Position numbers and translations under genes: made by a program. Below are positions 9,281 to 17,929 of a stretch of DNA of 64,000 nucleotides, one piece after another. Under the pieces are notes generated by a model. That model was not told the DNA's origin. It did no database searches and saw only the letters and a program-made list of their open reading frames with translations. Each line of letters opens with the position of its first letter. Positions within the stretch are counted from its first letter, which is position 1. Source of the stretch: an uncultured Bacteriovoracaceae bacterium (lineage in GTDB: Bacteria; Bdellovibrionota; UBA1018); contig CAYILR010000002.1 in the NCBI GenBank assembly GCA_964364175.1, forward strand, positions 69,357-133,356, given 5' to 3'.

Positions 9281-10378
9281 TTAGCTCACCGCTTTTCGAA
9301 CCATTTTTATAACTTGATCTTGATCGGTCTCACCCAAATACGGATGCATCGGCAGACTTAAGACACGCTGAGCCGCTGCCTCGGAGACAGGCAACGACCC
9401 CACTGGAAATCGATCCGAACGGAACGCTGGCTGCATGTGCGCTGCTAGCGGATAGTGAACTGCAGTGGGAACCCCCTGTTCGTTGAGTCTTTTGGAAACC
9501 ACGTCCCTCTCGTCAACCTGAATCGTATACTGAGCGTAAACATGTGTATTGCCGGGTGCAATCGCAGGAACAACAACCCCTTTTATTTTTGCTAGCTCCG
9601 CAGAATACCGCGCTCCAATTTTTCCACGGCTTTCCACTTCGCTCTCCAAAACTTCTAGTTTCGCCAAAAGTATCGCTGCTTGAAGAGTATCAAGACGACT
9701 ATTCATTCCCAATATCCGATGGTAGTAGCGTTTCTCTTGTCCATGTGTACGAATCGACCTCATCCGAGCCGCCAATCCGTCATCATAAGTAAAACACGCT
9801 CCACCATCGCCATAACACCCCAAGGTCTTCGAGGGGAAAAAACTCGCAGTGGAAACCAAAGTCATCGAACAAGAACGTTTCCCCTGATGTTTGGCTCCAA
9901 AGCTCTGAGCCGCATCCTCGATCACAGGTATTCCATGTTTTTTTGCTATCGGCGTGATCGAAGAGAAATCCGCACATTGACCATACAGGCTCACTGGCAT
10001 AATCGCCTTGGTTCGAGGCGTGATGGCCGCTTCGATTTTTCGGGGATCCAAGTTGTAGGTCGCGGGATCAATATCTACAAAAACAGGCGTCGCACCCACC
10101 ATTAAAATCATCTCGGCATTGGCTGCAAACGTGAACGAAGTGGTGATCACCTCATCCCCCGCTCCAATTCCCAATGCCATCAGAGCGATCTGAATCGCAT
10201 CGGTGCCATTTGCAACTCCGACGCAATGTTTGATCCCCACATACTCCGCGAGCTTTTGCTCAAGCTCGGCAACTTCGGGACCCATGATGTACTGCCCATG
10301 ATCCAAAACACGCCGCATTCTCTCGTCCAGACGTGAGCGGATTTTTTTCTGTTGTGTGGCTAGATCGATGAAGTCCAT
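9281..10378 (-). CDS. wbpE: UDP-2-acetamido-2-deoxy-3-oxo-D-glucuronate aminotransferase (WbpE-like DegT-family enzyme); start taken at MDFIDL (10378)
   Basis: Near-colinear match to WbpE from memory: 'FIDL..Q...I', 'DHGQYIMGPEV', 'ITPRTKAIMPVSLYGQCADF', 'IPVIEDAAQSFGA', 'NSRLDTLQAAILL', 'VPTAVHYP', 'SLPMHPYL'. Confidence 0.8.
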   Translation of the reverse strand: MDFIDLATQQKKIRSRLDERMRRVLDHGQYIMGPEVAELEQKLAEYVGIKHCVGVANGTDAIQIALMALGIGAGDEVITTSFTFAANAEMILMVGATPVFVDIDPATYNLDPRKIEAAITPRTKAIMPVSLYGQCADFSSITPIAKKHGIPVIEDAAQSFGAKHQGKRSCSMTLVSTASFFPSKTLGCYGDGGACFTYDDGLAARMRSIRTHGQEKRYYHRILGMNSRLDTLQAAILLAKLEVLESEVESRGKIGARYSAELAKIKGVVVPAIAPGNTHVYAQYTIQVDERDVVSKRLNEQGVPTAVHYPLAAHMQPAFRSDRFPVGSLPVSEAAAQRVLSLPMHPYLGETDQDQVIKMVRKAVS

Positions 10379-10397
10379 TTGCCTGCTTCCTCTCTTG

Positions 10398-11144
10398 CTA
10401 AGAACGAGTGAGAGCACCCCGTAAATCCGGTTTAGCCGGAGAAAAAAATGCTCCCCGGATAATGGCGAGCAAAACAGGGATCATATGATGGGCTCGGATC
10501 TTCTTACCCTCTTCGTAAGATCTCCCATGATAGTTGATCGGAGTTTCATAGAAAGATTTCCCCCTAGAAACAACCAAGGTCAATATTTCAGCATGCTGCT
10601 CCCAACCTCGTGTTCGCAGCTCGGACGGAACAATCAACTCACGCCTGAACAAAGCATAGCAAGAGTAAATATCAGTGAAGGTGGTATTGAATAGAATATT
10701 AAAAACAAAATTTAAAACACGGTTCCCGAATCGGTGCCAATAATAAAAAACTCGAGTATAGGAAGGGGCCAAAAATCGGCTCCCAATCACCAAATCAGCA
10801 TTGAACTCTACTACTGGCTTCAATAATTTATAATACTCGCTGGGGTCATACTCCAAGTCCGCATCTTGGAACAAAACATAGTCCCCGGTTGCTGCCTCTA
10901 GCCCCGCAATAACCGCGGCCCCTTTTCCACCATTTTTTGGAAGTGCGATGAACTGATCGTAAAGCTGCGGGTTGGCTCGAAGCAACTTTGCTGACTGATC
11001 GGTGGAGCCATCGTCGACGGCAATGATTTCGGTATGGAAATCCTCTGACTTCTGCTCACGAACACGGGTCAATATTTCTAAAACTGTCTTTTCTTCGTTG
11101 TACAGGGGTACGATGACCGATACTTTGACAGAGGTGTTTTTCAC
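10398..11144 (-). CDS. glycosyltransferase family 2 (DPM1/ArnC-like)
   Basis: 'VSVIVPLYNEE', 'VDDGSTD', 'QDADLEYDP' and 'VIGSRF' motifs. Confidence 0.8.
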   Translation of the reverse strand: MKNTSVKVSVIVPLYNEEKTVLEILTRVREQKSEDFHTEIIAVDDGSTDQSAKLLRANPQLYDQFIALPKNGGKGAAVIAGLEAATGDYVLFQDADLEYDPSEYYKLLKPVVEFNADLVIGSRFLAPSYTRVFYYWHRFGNRVLNFVFNILFNTTFTDIYSCYALFRRELIVPSELRTRGWEQHAEILTLVVSRGKSFYETPINYHGRSYEEGKKIRAHHMIPVLLAIIRGAFFSPAKPDLRGALTRS

Positions 11145-11202
11145 GGGAAAGGGATAACATTCTGGGCTAGCCTCGTCACTTGAAATGTTGTAGGCATTCA
11201 GA

Positions 11203-11604
11203 ATGAACCATCCTAAAAATCCAATTGTCGTACTTGAAACTCCCTTTGAAGATGCAAGAGGCGGAATTCAGCCGCTAGTGGACGAAGATATGAAGAGCGC
11301 CGTCCTGATCAGCTCAAAAAAAGGCACGATCCGGGCCAATCACTATCACAAAACAGATTGGCATTATTGCTACGTCCTCTCTGGATCCATCGATTATTTT
11401 TATCGCGCTGTAGGAAGCACGGATAAACCTCAGCGAGTTCTGATCCAACCGAAACAGCTTTTTTTCACGCCTCCGATGCTGGAACACGCCATGTGCTTCC
11501 CGGAGGATACTGTTTTCCTTTGCTTGGGAAAGAATTCACGTGAACAAAAATCCTATGAGGCTGATATCGTCCGGGTCCAACTGGTTCCCCAATATCCGCT
11601 GTGA
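11203..11604 (+). CDS. WxcM/FdtA-like cupin (second copy), putative sugar ketoisomerase or epimerase
   Basis: 133-aa cupin with 'RANHYHKT' (the HxHK motif). Translationally coupled by a 4-bp overlap to the C-methyltransferase. Confidence 0.5.
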   Translation: MNHPKNPIVVLETPFEDARGGIQPLVDEDMKSAVLISSKKGTIRANHYHKTDWHYCYVLSGSIDYFYRAVGSTDKPQRVLIQPKQLFFTPPMLEHAMCFPEDTVFLCLGKNSREQKSYEADIVRVQLVPQYPL

Positions 11605-12851
11605 GTAGCCCATTGAGTTTTCAACGAAAAACCTGCAGGCTTTGTGATTCGAAAAAAATCAAGCTTGCGCTTTCGCTAGCCAAGACCCCGCCCGCGAACG
11701 CTTTTGTTCCGGCCAATCAGTTGCAGCACGAGCAAGATCGATATCCGTTGGATATAGGTTTTTGTGAGTCTTGCCAGCACGTTCAGCTACTAGAAGTCGT
11801 CAGCCCCGAGGTGCTTTTTAGAGACTACGTTTATGTCTCAGGAACATCACCTGTGTTCGTTGAACACTTCAAAAAATACGCTGAATACGTTCAATCTGAT
11901 TTCAAACTTTCACCCAGTGCGTTCGTATTTGAAATTGGCAGCAACGATGGCACGTTGCTCAGCTTCTTTAAAAAGTCAGGGTGTTCCGTCTTGGGTGTCG
12001 ATCCTGCATTAAAAATTGCAGAAGACGCCACCGCTCGAGGGATTCCAACTTTGCCTCGCTTTTTCTCGTCCAGCCTCGTCGATGAGGTCCTGACAAACCA
12101 TCCTCAACCGAAAGTCATTATCGCGAACAACGTATTTGCTCACATTGATGATCTCGATGAGGTTGCCAGAGGCGTCTGCAAGCTCTTGGACCCAAACGAG
12201 GGAATTTTCGTCATTGAATTTTCCTATTTGGCGGATGTGATTGAAAAAAATCTTTTCGATACCATTTATCACGAACACCTTTGCTATCACTCGCTCAAAC
12301 CCCTGCGTCAGTTTTTTCAAAAACATGGCATGGAAGTCATCGATACGCTCCGGGTTCCTAGTCATGGAGGTTCGCTTCGCGTAGTTGCACAGGTGAAGGG
12401 AGCCCGACGACCTGTTTCTGACCGAGTAGAAAGCCTAATTGCGTTCGAGAAGACTGCAGGGTTGTATGAATTTTCCACTTTTCAAAATTTCGGAAAATCA
12501 ATCGAGCGAATTGGCATCGAGTTAAAAGGAATACTAACTCAATTAAAATCCCAAGGGAAATCCATTGCGGGATTCGGGGCACCAGCCAAGGCAACCACAC
12601 TCATGTATCAATTTGGCATCGGACCTGAGATCGTGGATTTCATCATCGACGATAGTCCGCTCAAGCAGGGTTTGTTCACTCCGGGATTTCATATTCCCGT
12701 TTTGTCATCGAATGCCATTCGAGAACGAAAGCCTGATTACTTGGTTTTGTTAGCTTGGAATTTTGCTGATTCAATTATTGCAAAAAATTCGGACTATTTG
12801 GCTCAGGGAGGGCATTTTATTGTGCCTCTTCCACGAGTTCAAGTAGTGTGA
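11601..12851 (+). CDS. NDP-hexose C-methyltransferase (TylCIII/EvaC-like): zinc ribbon + class I SAM MTase + C-methyltransferase C-terminal domain
   Basis: N-terminal 'CRLCDSKK...CESCQHV' zinc-binding pair. SAM motif 'VFEIGSNDGTLL'. About 410 aa, typical of sugar 3-C-methyltransferases. Confidence 0.75.
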   Translation: MSSPLSFQRKTCRLCDSKKIKLALSLAKTPPANAFVPANQLQHEQDRYPLDIGFCESCQHVQLLEVVSPEVLFRDYVYVSGTSPVFVEHFKKYAEYVQSDFKLSPSAFVFEIGSNDGTLLSFFKKSGCSVLGVDPALKIAEDATARGIPTLPRFFSSSLVDEVLTNHPQPKVIIANNVFAHIDDLDEVARGVCKLLDPNEGIFVIEFSYLADVIEKNLFDTIYHEHLCYHSLKPLRQFFQKHGMEVIDTLRVPSHGGSLRVVAQVKGARRPVSDRVESLIAFEKTAGLYEFSTFQNFGKSIERIGIELKGILTQLKSQGKSIAGFGAPAKATTLMYQFGIGPEIVDFIIDDSPLKQGLFTPGFHIPVLSSNAIRERKPDYLVLLAWNFADSIIAKNSDYLAQGGHFIVPLPRVQVV

Positions 12852-12867
12852 CAGAAGGGATCATACG

Positions 12868-13929
12868 ATGAATGGTTTTTTTATTCCCAATGACATTCGT
12901 GAAATTACAGACGGTCTGAGTGATTGTGCCTCGCTTTTGGAGGGCAAAACAATCATTCTGACCGGCGGAAGAGGATTTTTGGGGCGCTACTTTGTTGAGG
13001 TTTTTCGCGATCTCAATCAACGCGTCCTGAAGAAGCCCTGCAAAATCATTGTCTTTGACAATCTCATCACCGCTGGAAAAACAGGTGAAGCGATTCAGGA
13101 TCTCGAGGGCGTTCAATTCTTGAAACAGGATGTGATTCAACCATTCACCTATGACGGCCCTGTCGATTACATTTTGCACGCAGCTGGGATCGCCAGCCCT
13201 TATTATTACCGTGCGTATCCTCTTGAAACTCTGGACGTCGCCATCACAGGAACCCGCAATGCGCTGGAACTGGCTCGCAAAAAGCACGCTCGCTTCGTGT
13301 TTTTCAGCAGCAGCGAAATTTATGGCAATCCGGATCCTGCAAATGTTCCAACGACCGAGAGTTACAATGGATACGTCTCCTGCCTGGGAGCTCGGGCCTG
13401 TTATGACGAGAGTAAACGCGTGGGGGAAACACTTTGCACGATTTACCACGGCCAGTTTGGCGTTCACACGAATATGATCCGCCCGTTCAATGTCTTTGGC
13501 CCAGGAATGCAGGAAAGTGACTATCGAGTACTTCCTAATTTTGCGTCCAGAATTGCCGGCAAGAGGCCATTGAAAATTTATGGGGATGGAACTCAGACCC
13601 GAACGTTTTGTTACATCACCGATGCAATCAATGGCTTTATCCGCGTGATGGTGAAGGGTGTAGCTCGAGAGCCCTACAATATCGGGAACCCGACTCCAGA
13701 AATTTCCATGGTAGATCTGGTCAAAGAAATCGAAAAAATCAAAAAAACACCCGTTCAACTCGACTTGATTGCCTATCCGGATTCCTATCCAGCCGATGAG
13801 CCACTGAGACGCTGTCCGGATATCAAAAAAGCAAAGCTGCAATTGAATTATGCTCCCCAGGTTTCGTTGCAGGAAGGGTTGAGCCGGTTTCTTTCTTGGA
13901 CGACCGAAAACTACACGGGACAGCAGTAG
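12868..13929 (+). CDS. UDP-glucuronate decarboxylase (UXS / ArnA-decarboxylase family SDR)
   Basis: 'GGRGFLG' Rossmann. 'SSSEIYG'. 'GARACYDESKRVGETLC' matches UXS 'GPRACYDEGKRVAETMC'. 'RCPDIKKAKLQLNY' matches UXS 'RKPDIKKAKLMLGW'. Confidence 0.85.
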   Translation: MNGFFIPNDIREITDGLSDCASLLEGKTIILTGGRGFLGRYFVEVFRDLNQRVLKKPCKIIVFDNLITAGKTGEAIQDLEGVQFLKQDVIQPFTYDGPVDYILHAAGIASPYYYRAYPLETLDVAITGTRNALELARKKHARFVFFSSSEIYGNPDPANVPTTESYNGYVSCLGARACYDESKRVGETLCTIYHGQFGVHTNMIRPFNVFGPGMQESDYRVLPNFASRIAGKRPLKIYGDGTQTRTFCYITDAINGFIRVMVKGVAREPYNIGNPTPEISMVDLVKEIEKIKKTPVQLDLIAYPDSYPADEPLRRCPDIKKAKLQLNYAPQVSLQEGLSRFLSWTTENYTGQQ

Positions 13930-13937
13930 GCTCTCTG

Positions 13938-14873
13938 GTGCTTCCTCTCGGACTAATCGGCGCAGGGCCTTGGGGTCAAAACTTCATCAAAACCATCGCC
14001 CGTCTCCCTGGTTTTGAGTTGATCACGTTGGCATCTCAAAATGAACATGCTCAGTCTTGGGTCACTCCTTCGTGCACAGTAACCCCGGATTGGCACGAGG
14101 TTCTTGAAAATCGGCGCTTAGCTGGGGTGATTATCGCAACACCTCCCCATTGCCGGGCCGAGATCATGAAAGCCGCAATTGAGAAACGAATCCCGATTCT
14201 GGCCGAAAAACCTGTCACTTTGTCTCTGGCGGAAATCCAGGAGCTTGAAGCGCTCGAAAAGAAGTTTCAGTCAAAAATCCTGGTTGATCATATTCATCTT
14301 TTTCATCCCGCATATAAAAAACTGAAGCAAACACTCTCGGATCGGGGACTCTCTATCCTCAAGGTGGCTTCTGAGGGAGGAAATCACGGTCCCCTTCGCA
14401 ACTATTCCAGCTTATGGGATTGGGGGCCTCACGATCTTGCTTTTGGCTTTGATTTAGCGGGAACAACCTCTCTCGCTCAAAAAAAAGTCTCTTCATACGG
14501 AGAAAATCCCGCCGGAAATGCTTTCGCAGGAAATTTCCTCTTCACACTGGATTTTGAAAATGAAATTCACACCGAACACAAATTTGGCAATTTATTCACG
14601 GAAAAAACCAGGAAGCTTTCCGTCGAAACAGATCGTGGCACGTTCCTATTGAATGATCTATCCATTGACAGGAAACTCACGTTTCAAGGTGAAAAAGGAG
14701 ATTCCACTGTTTTGGATTTTGAAGCCGGATCGGCAATGGAGCATCTTTTGCTCGAGTTCAAAAAAGGCATTCTCGAGAAGCCTTCATCCCGATTTGGACT
14801 ATCCCTGGCAACACAGATCAGCTATCTTTTGTCGTGGGCAGAAAGTAGGTTGAAACGTAATGAGCCGCGATAG
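13938..14873 (+). CDS. Gfo/Idh/MocA-family NAD(P)-dependent oxidoreductase; start taken at GTG 13938 (the ORF track uses an in-frame ATG at 13896 that overlaps the UXS gene)
   Basis: 'LIGAGPWGQNF' dinucleotide-binding N-terminus and an 'AEKP' motif typical of the family. Confidence 0.65.
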   Translation: MLPLGLIGAGPWGQNFIKTIARLPGFELITLASQNEHAQSWVTPSCTVTPDWHEVLENRRLAGVIIATPPHCRAEIMKAAIEKRIPILAEKPVTLSLAEIQELEALEKKFQSKILVDHIHLFHPAYKKLKQTLSDRGLSILKVASEGGNHGPLRNYSSLWDWGPHDLAFGFDLAGTTSLAQKKVSSYGENPAGNAFAGNFLFTLDFENEIHTEHKFGNLFTEKTRKLSVETDRGTFLLNDLSIDRKLTFQGEKGDSTVLDFEAGSAMEHLLLEFKKGILEKPSSRFGLSLATQISYLLSWAESRLKRNEPR

Positions 14874-14912
14874 TGTTTTGCTTAATTTAGCTATTTTGTT
14901 GGGCGGCCTGGG

Positions 14913-16520
14913 TTGGATCCTCTACAGAGCATGGGCTTTTTTCCCAAAACTGAGATAATGCTCACCCTCGCATATTTTCCGACACTTCTTTGGTTTTTAG
15001 GTTTTTTAGAATTTCACATCCAAATTCTTTTTTTTGGCCCCACACAACACGCTACTGGAGTCAGCGTTTATCTTTCACTTCTCTGCGCACTATTTTTCGC
15101 GATTAAAAAATATCCGAACATTCGAGCGGATTTTAATAAAATCCGTTCTGAAGTGATCTCCGCACCGATTTGGTTTTGGCTTTTGTTAGTCATCACCATT
15201 CTCATTGTGCTGATGGGAGGCTTTGAGTCCCGACTGCCGCCGCATCTCATTCAAGAAAGAGATGCAATCAATTACCACATGACTATTCCTTATCAGCACT
15301 TGCTACAGGGCAGTCTTGCTCATCTCAAGTGGTCTGTTGCTGATCTATGGCCCATGTCGATCCAGTTTGGATTAACTCCGGCTTGGACAATGACCCGGCA
15401 TTTTCAAAAATTTCCGCAATATATTTTTTCTGTCTGGTCGCTCTGGCTTGCCATCAGCCTCGGCCGTAGACTGTATCCTCACTCTTATTTGGGTTGGATC
15501 CCGGCACTCGCCGTATTCACGACCCATGGAGTATCCATGTGGTTTGGGAACGCCACATTGGAGCTCGTCAATTTCTATTTTCTATTGGCATTCGTTCATA
15601 GTTTTTTTATCTCACCCTGGATTGCCGCTTTGCACCTCGCTCTGTTTGCAACAGCCAAAGTCATTAATATTTTCTTTGTGGGATTCAGCTGCGTCATGAT
15701 CACCACGTTTTATTTTTTCACTCAAAAAGAATTACTCTATCTATTCATAAAAAAAAATATTCGTATATTTTTGATCGCTTTTGTTTTCGCACTAATTCTA
15801 TTGTCTCGCTCGATGTGGGTCAGCTTGGAGCGTGTGGGAACGCCCGTTTTTCCCTTCGCTCCTTGCTTGTTTTCCTCTTTTCCAGGCTGCCAAGGCCCAT
15901 TGCTGAAAGAGAGCCTCTATGCGGCAGAGCTGATGGTCCGAGCGCGAGATGGTTTTGGAGTGGCAACTGCTGGTAGAAATCTCACTGGTTTTTTAACTCA
16001 TCTCTGGAAGGTCTCTGTGCCCGATTGGGGAAGTACAACCAATGAGTTTGTTCACCCTCTGGGAATGGCTTGGGTGCTTTGGGTCATCTTGGCCTTTGCT
16101 CATTTGTGGGGGTGGATCAAAAAGAAGCAAGCCCTCGGTTTTTATTTTATTTTAGCTATTTCATTTTGGGGGATCTGGTGGCTGGGTAGCCAACAAGCAC
16201 GCTGGCTCATCCCAACGCTTTTCTTGGGTTGGCTGGGCACTAGCCACTTACAAAAAAAAATCCATCCACTTCTCTTGGGAATATTGATCACAGCCTCAGC
16301 AAGCTTCTCCCTGATCTCTTTGGTCCGTGCCTATGGCTGGGCTCAAAACGATCCATCGGTACGTCTATTGGCCACCTCTGAGGAAATTGAGGCTCAGGAA
16401 AAAAGCAAATTGGTTTGGGATCCAAAGACGGGATACATTACTTCAGAAGAAATACTCTACGTTTCAGAGCCTGTGATTCATCATGGCAGCCGTCAAAGAG
16501 TATGGTTCTTCGAAAACTAA
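14913..16520 (+). CDS. polytopic membrane protein, GT-C-like glycosyltransferase candidate
   Basis: 535 aa with more than 10 hydrophobic segments, an acidic loop 'QERDAINYH' early on, and a C-terminal soluble region. Confidence 0.4.
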   Translation: MDPLQSMGFFPKTEIMLTLAYFPTLLWFLGFLEFHIQILFFGPTQHATGVSVYLSLLCALFFAIKKYPNIRADFNKIRSEVISAPIWFWLLLVITILIVLMGGFESRLPPHLIQERDAINYHMTIPYQHLLQGSLAHLKWSVADLWPMSIQFGLTPAWTMTRHFQKFPQYIFSVWSLWLAISLGRRLYPHSYLGWIPALAVFTTHGVSMWFGNATLELVNFYFLLAFVHSFFISPWIAALHLALFATAKVINIFFVGFSCVMITTFYFFTQKELLYLFIKKNIRIFLIAFVFALILLSRSMWVSLERVGTPVFPFAPCLFSSFPGCQGPLLKESLYAAELMVRARDGFGVATAGRNLTGFLTHLWKVSVPDWGSTTNEFVHPLGMAWVLWVILAFAHLWGWIKKKQALGFYFILAISFWGIWWLGSQQARWLIPTLFLGWLGTSHLQKKIHPLLLGILITASASFSLISLVRAYGWAQNDPSVRLLATSEEIEAQEKSKLVWDPKTGYITSEEILYVSEPVIHHGSRQRVWFFEN

Positions 16521-17269
16521 TTCCACTCTGTAACGGCCAACAAAGATTGCCCGATAGGCACCTTGAGTGAACGATGAATCCACTGATCTACGCCCTTGAT
16601 ATAAGGGCACAGCCTATCGAATAGATCAATACTGGTAGGATCAATGATCTGCTTGCTGAGAATTTTTCCGCTCACCAACCAACCGAGCAGCCCCACCAAA
16701 TTGAAATATTGAAAAGTCGTTTTTGCATGCACCGGAACTACTGTTTTCAGCAGGGCATCCAAGCCTTCTGCAGAATAGCGCCTGAAATGTCCATAATTCT
16801 TGTCAAAAGATCCATAGGCCCACTGATGGGCTGGCACGAATGTAATGATTTTTTTTATATTTTTTTGGTTTGGGTTCTCTAGAATACAAACCAGTTTTTG
16901 TAAAACTTCTCGATCATTTTCGATATGCTCCAGAACATTGAAAGAAATAATCGTATCCAGGTTTTCTTTTTTTAAAATATTCAGATCATCTCTGGTTAAA
17001 TCAAATTGGATCACTGATGAGCGTGAATTGCTGAGCAATGCAGAATTTTGCTCAGCATGATTGAATTGCTGGATTAAATTCGGATCACGCTCAGAAACAA
17101 TCAACCGTTCGCGGATGGGCAGCCATTTAGACATATTACCGATGCCAGCCCCGATTTCTAAAATCCTTTCTCCCAAATACGGCTGAATCGTTTCAAAAAT
17201 CCATTTTTGATAATTTTCTGCCCTGGCCAATGAATCCAGTTCGAAAGGTAAATCTGAAGCTGTTTCCAT
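16517..17269 (-). CDS. class I SAM-dependent methyltransferase
   Basis: 'ILEIGAGIGNMS' motif I and 'ISFNVLEHI' motif. Confidence 0.7.
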   Translation of the reverse strand: METASDLPFELDSLARAENYQKWIFETIQPYLGERILEIGAGIGNMSKWLPIRERLIVSERDPNLIQQFNHAEQNSALLSNSRSSVIQFDLTRDDLNILKKENLDTIISFNVLEHIENDREVLQKLVCILENPNQKNIKKIITFVPAHQWAYGSFDKNYGHFRRYSAEGLDALLKTVVPVHAKTTFQYFNLVGLLGWLVSGKILSKQIIDPTSIDLFDRLCPYIKGVDQWIHRSLKVPIGQSLLAVTEWN

Positions 17270-17271
17270 GG

Positions 17272-17886
17272 CTATTGATTTCTCTTCAAAATACTGGGCT
17301 CAACCTCCACATAGCGAGTCTGAGTTTCAGGACACACCCACTCTCCAGATTTTGAACCAGGGACCAACCGCTCACCATATTCGCCCATCCATCCTATCCG
17401 TCGTGCGGGTACGCCCACCATCAATCCGTAAGCTGGAACATCTTGAGTCACCACTGCCCCGGCTCCGACAAACGCATGCTCACCAATAGTCACACTGCAG
17501 ACCACTGTGCAATTTGCTCCGAGTGTGGCTCCCCGACGCACCACTGTATCCAGATACTGATCTTTTCTCGATACCGCTGAACGAGGATTAATCACATTGG
17601 TAAAAACCATGCTAGGTCCGCAAAAAACATCATCTTCAAGTGTCACATTGTCATACACAGAGACGTTGTTTTGAATTTTGACATTGTTTCCAATGACAAC
17701 TTTGTTGCCCACAAAAACGCCTTGTCCCAAAGAACAACGCTCACCAATTCGAGCGCCACCACAGATATGCGCCCAATGCCAAATTCGAGTCCCCGCACCG
17801 ATTTGAGCGCCTGGATCCACAATTGCCGTAGAGTGAACTTGAAAGTCGTCAGCCATGCCACTTTCTAGCCCATTTTGAAAAACCAA
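17272..17886 (-). CDS. wbpD: left-handed beta-helix (hexapeptide) N-acetyltransferase, WbpD/PglD-like (UDP-2-acetamido-3-amino-2,3-dideoxy-glucuronate N-acetyltransferase candidate); true start may be the internal ATG at 17856
   Basis: Tandem hexapeptide repeats ('[49 protein letters not shown]') and a size of about 190-200 aa. Confidence 0.7.
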   Translation of the reverse strand: MVFQNGLESGMADDFQVHSTAIVDPGAQIGAGTRIWHWAHICGGARIGERCSLGQGVFVGNKVVIGNNVKIQNNVSVYDNVTLEDDVFCGPSMVFTNVINPRSAVSRKDQYLDTVVRRGATLGANCTVVCSVTIGEHAFVGAGAVVTQDVPAYGLMVGVPARRIGWMGEYGERLVPGSKSGEWVCPETQTRYVEVEPSILKRNQ

Positions 17887-17929
17887 CCAACTGGATAATC
17901 AGTTTACAGGGGGGTTCGATTCACGCTAT

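Noticed and set aside
8477-13929. Ara4N (ArnABCDT) lipid A modification pathway, suggested by a DegT aminotransferase, ArnC-like GT2s, a UXS/ArnA-like decarboxylase and ArnT-like membrane proteins
   Set aside because: The aminotransferase matches WbpE nearly motif-for-motif rather than ArnB. The decarboxylase is UXS-like ('RACYDE.KR'). There is no formyltransferase domain or ArnD, and WbpA/B/D partners are present. An Arn-like logic (Und-P-sugar + GT-C) may still apply generally.
13896-13937. ATG 13896 as the start of the Gfo/Idh/MocA gene
   Set aside because: It would overlap the UXS gene by 34 bp. An in-frame GTG at 13938, 9 bp after the UXS stop, immediately precedes the dinucleotide-binding motif and is the more economical start.
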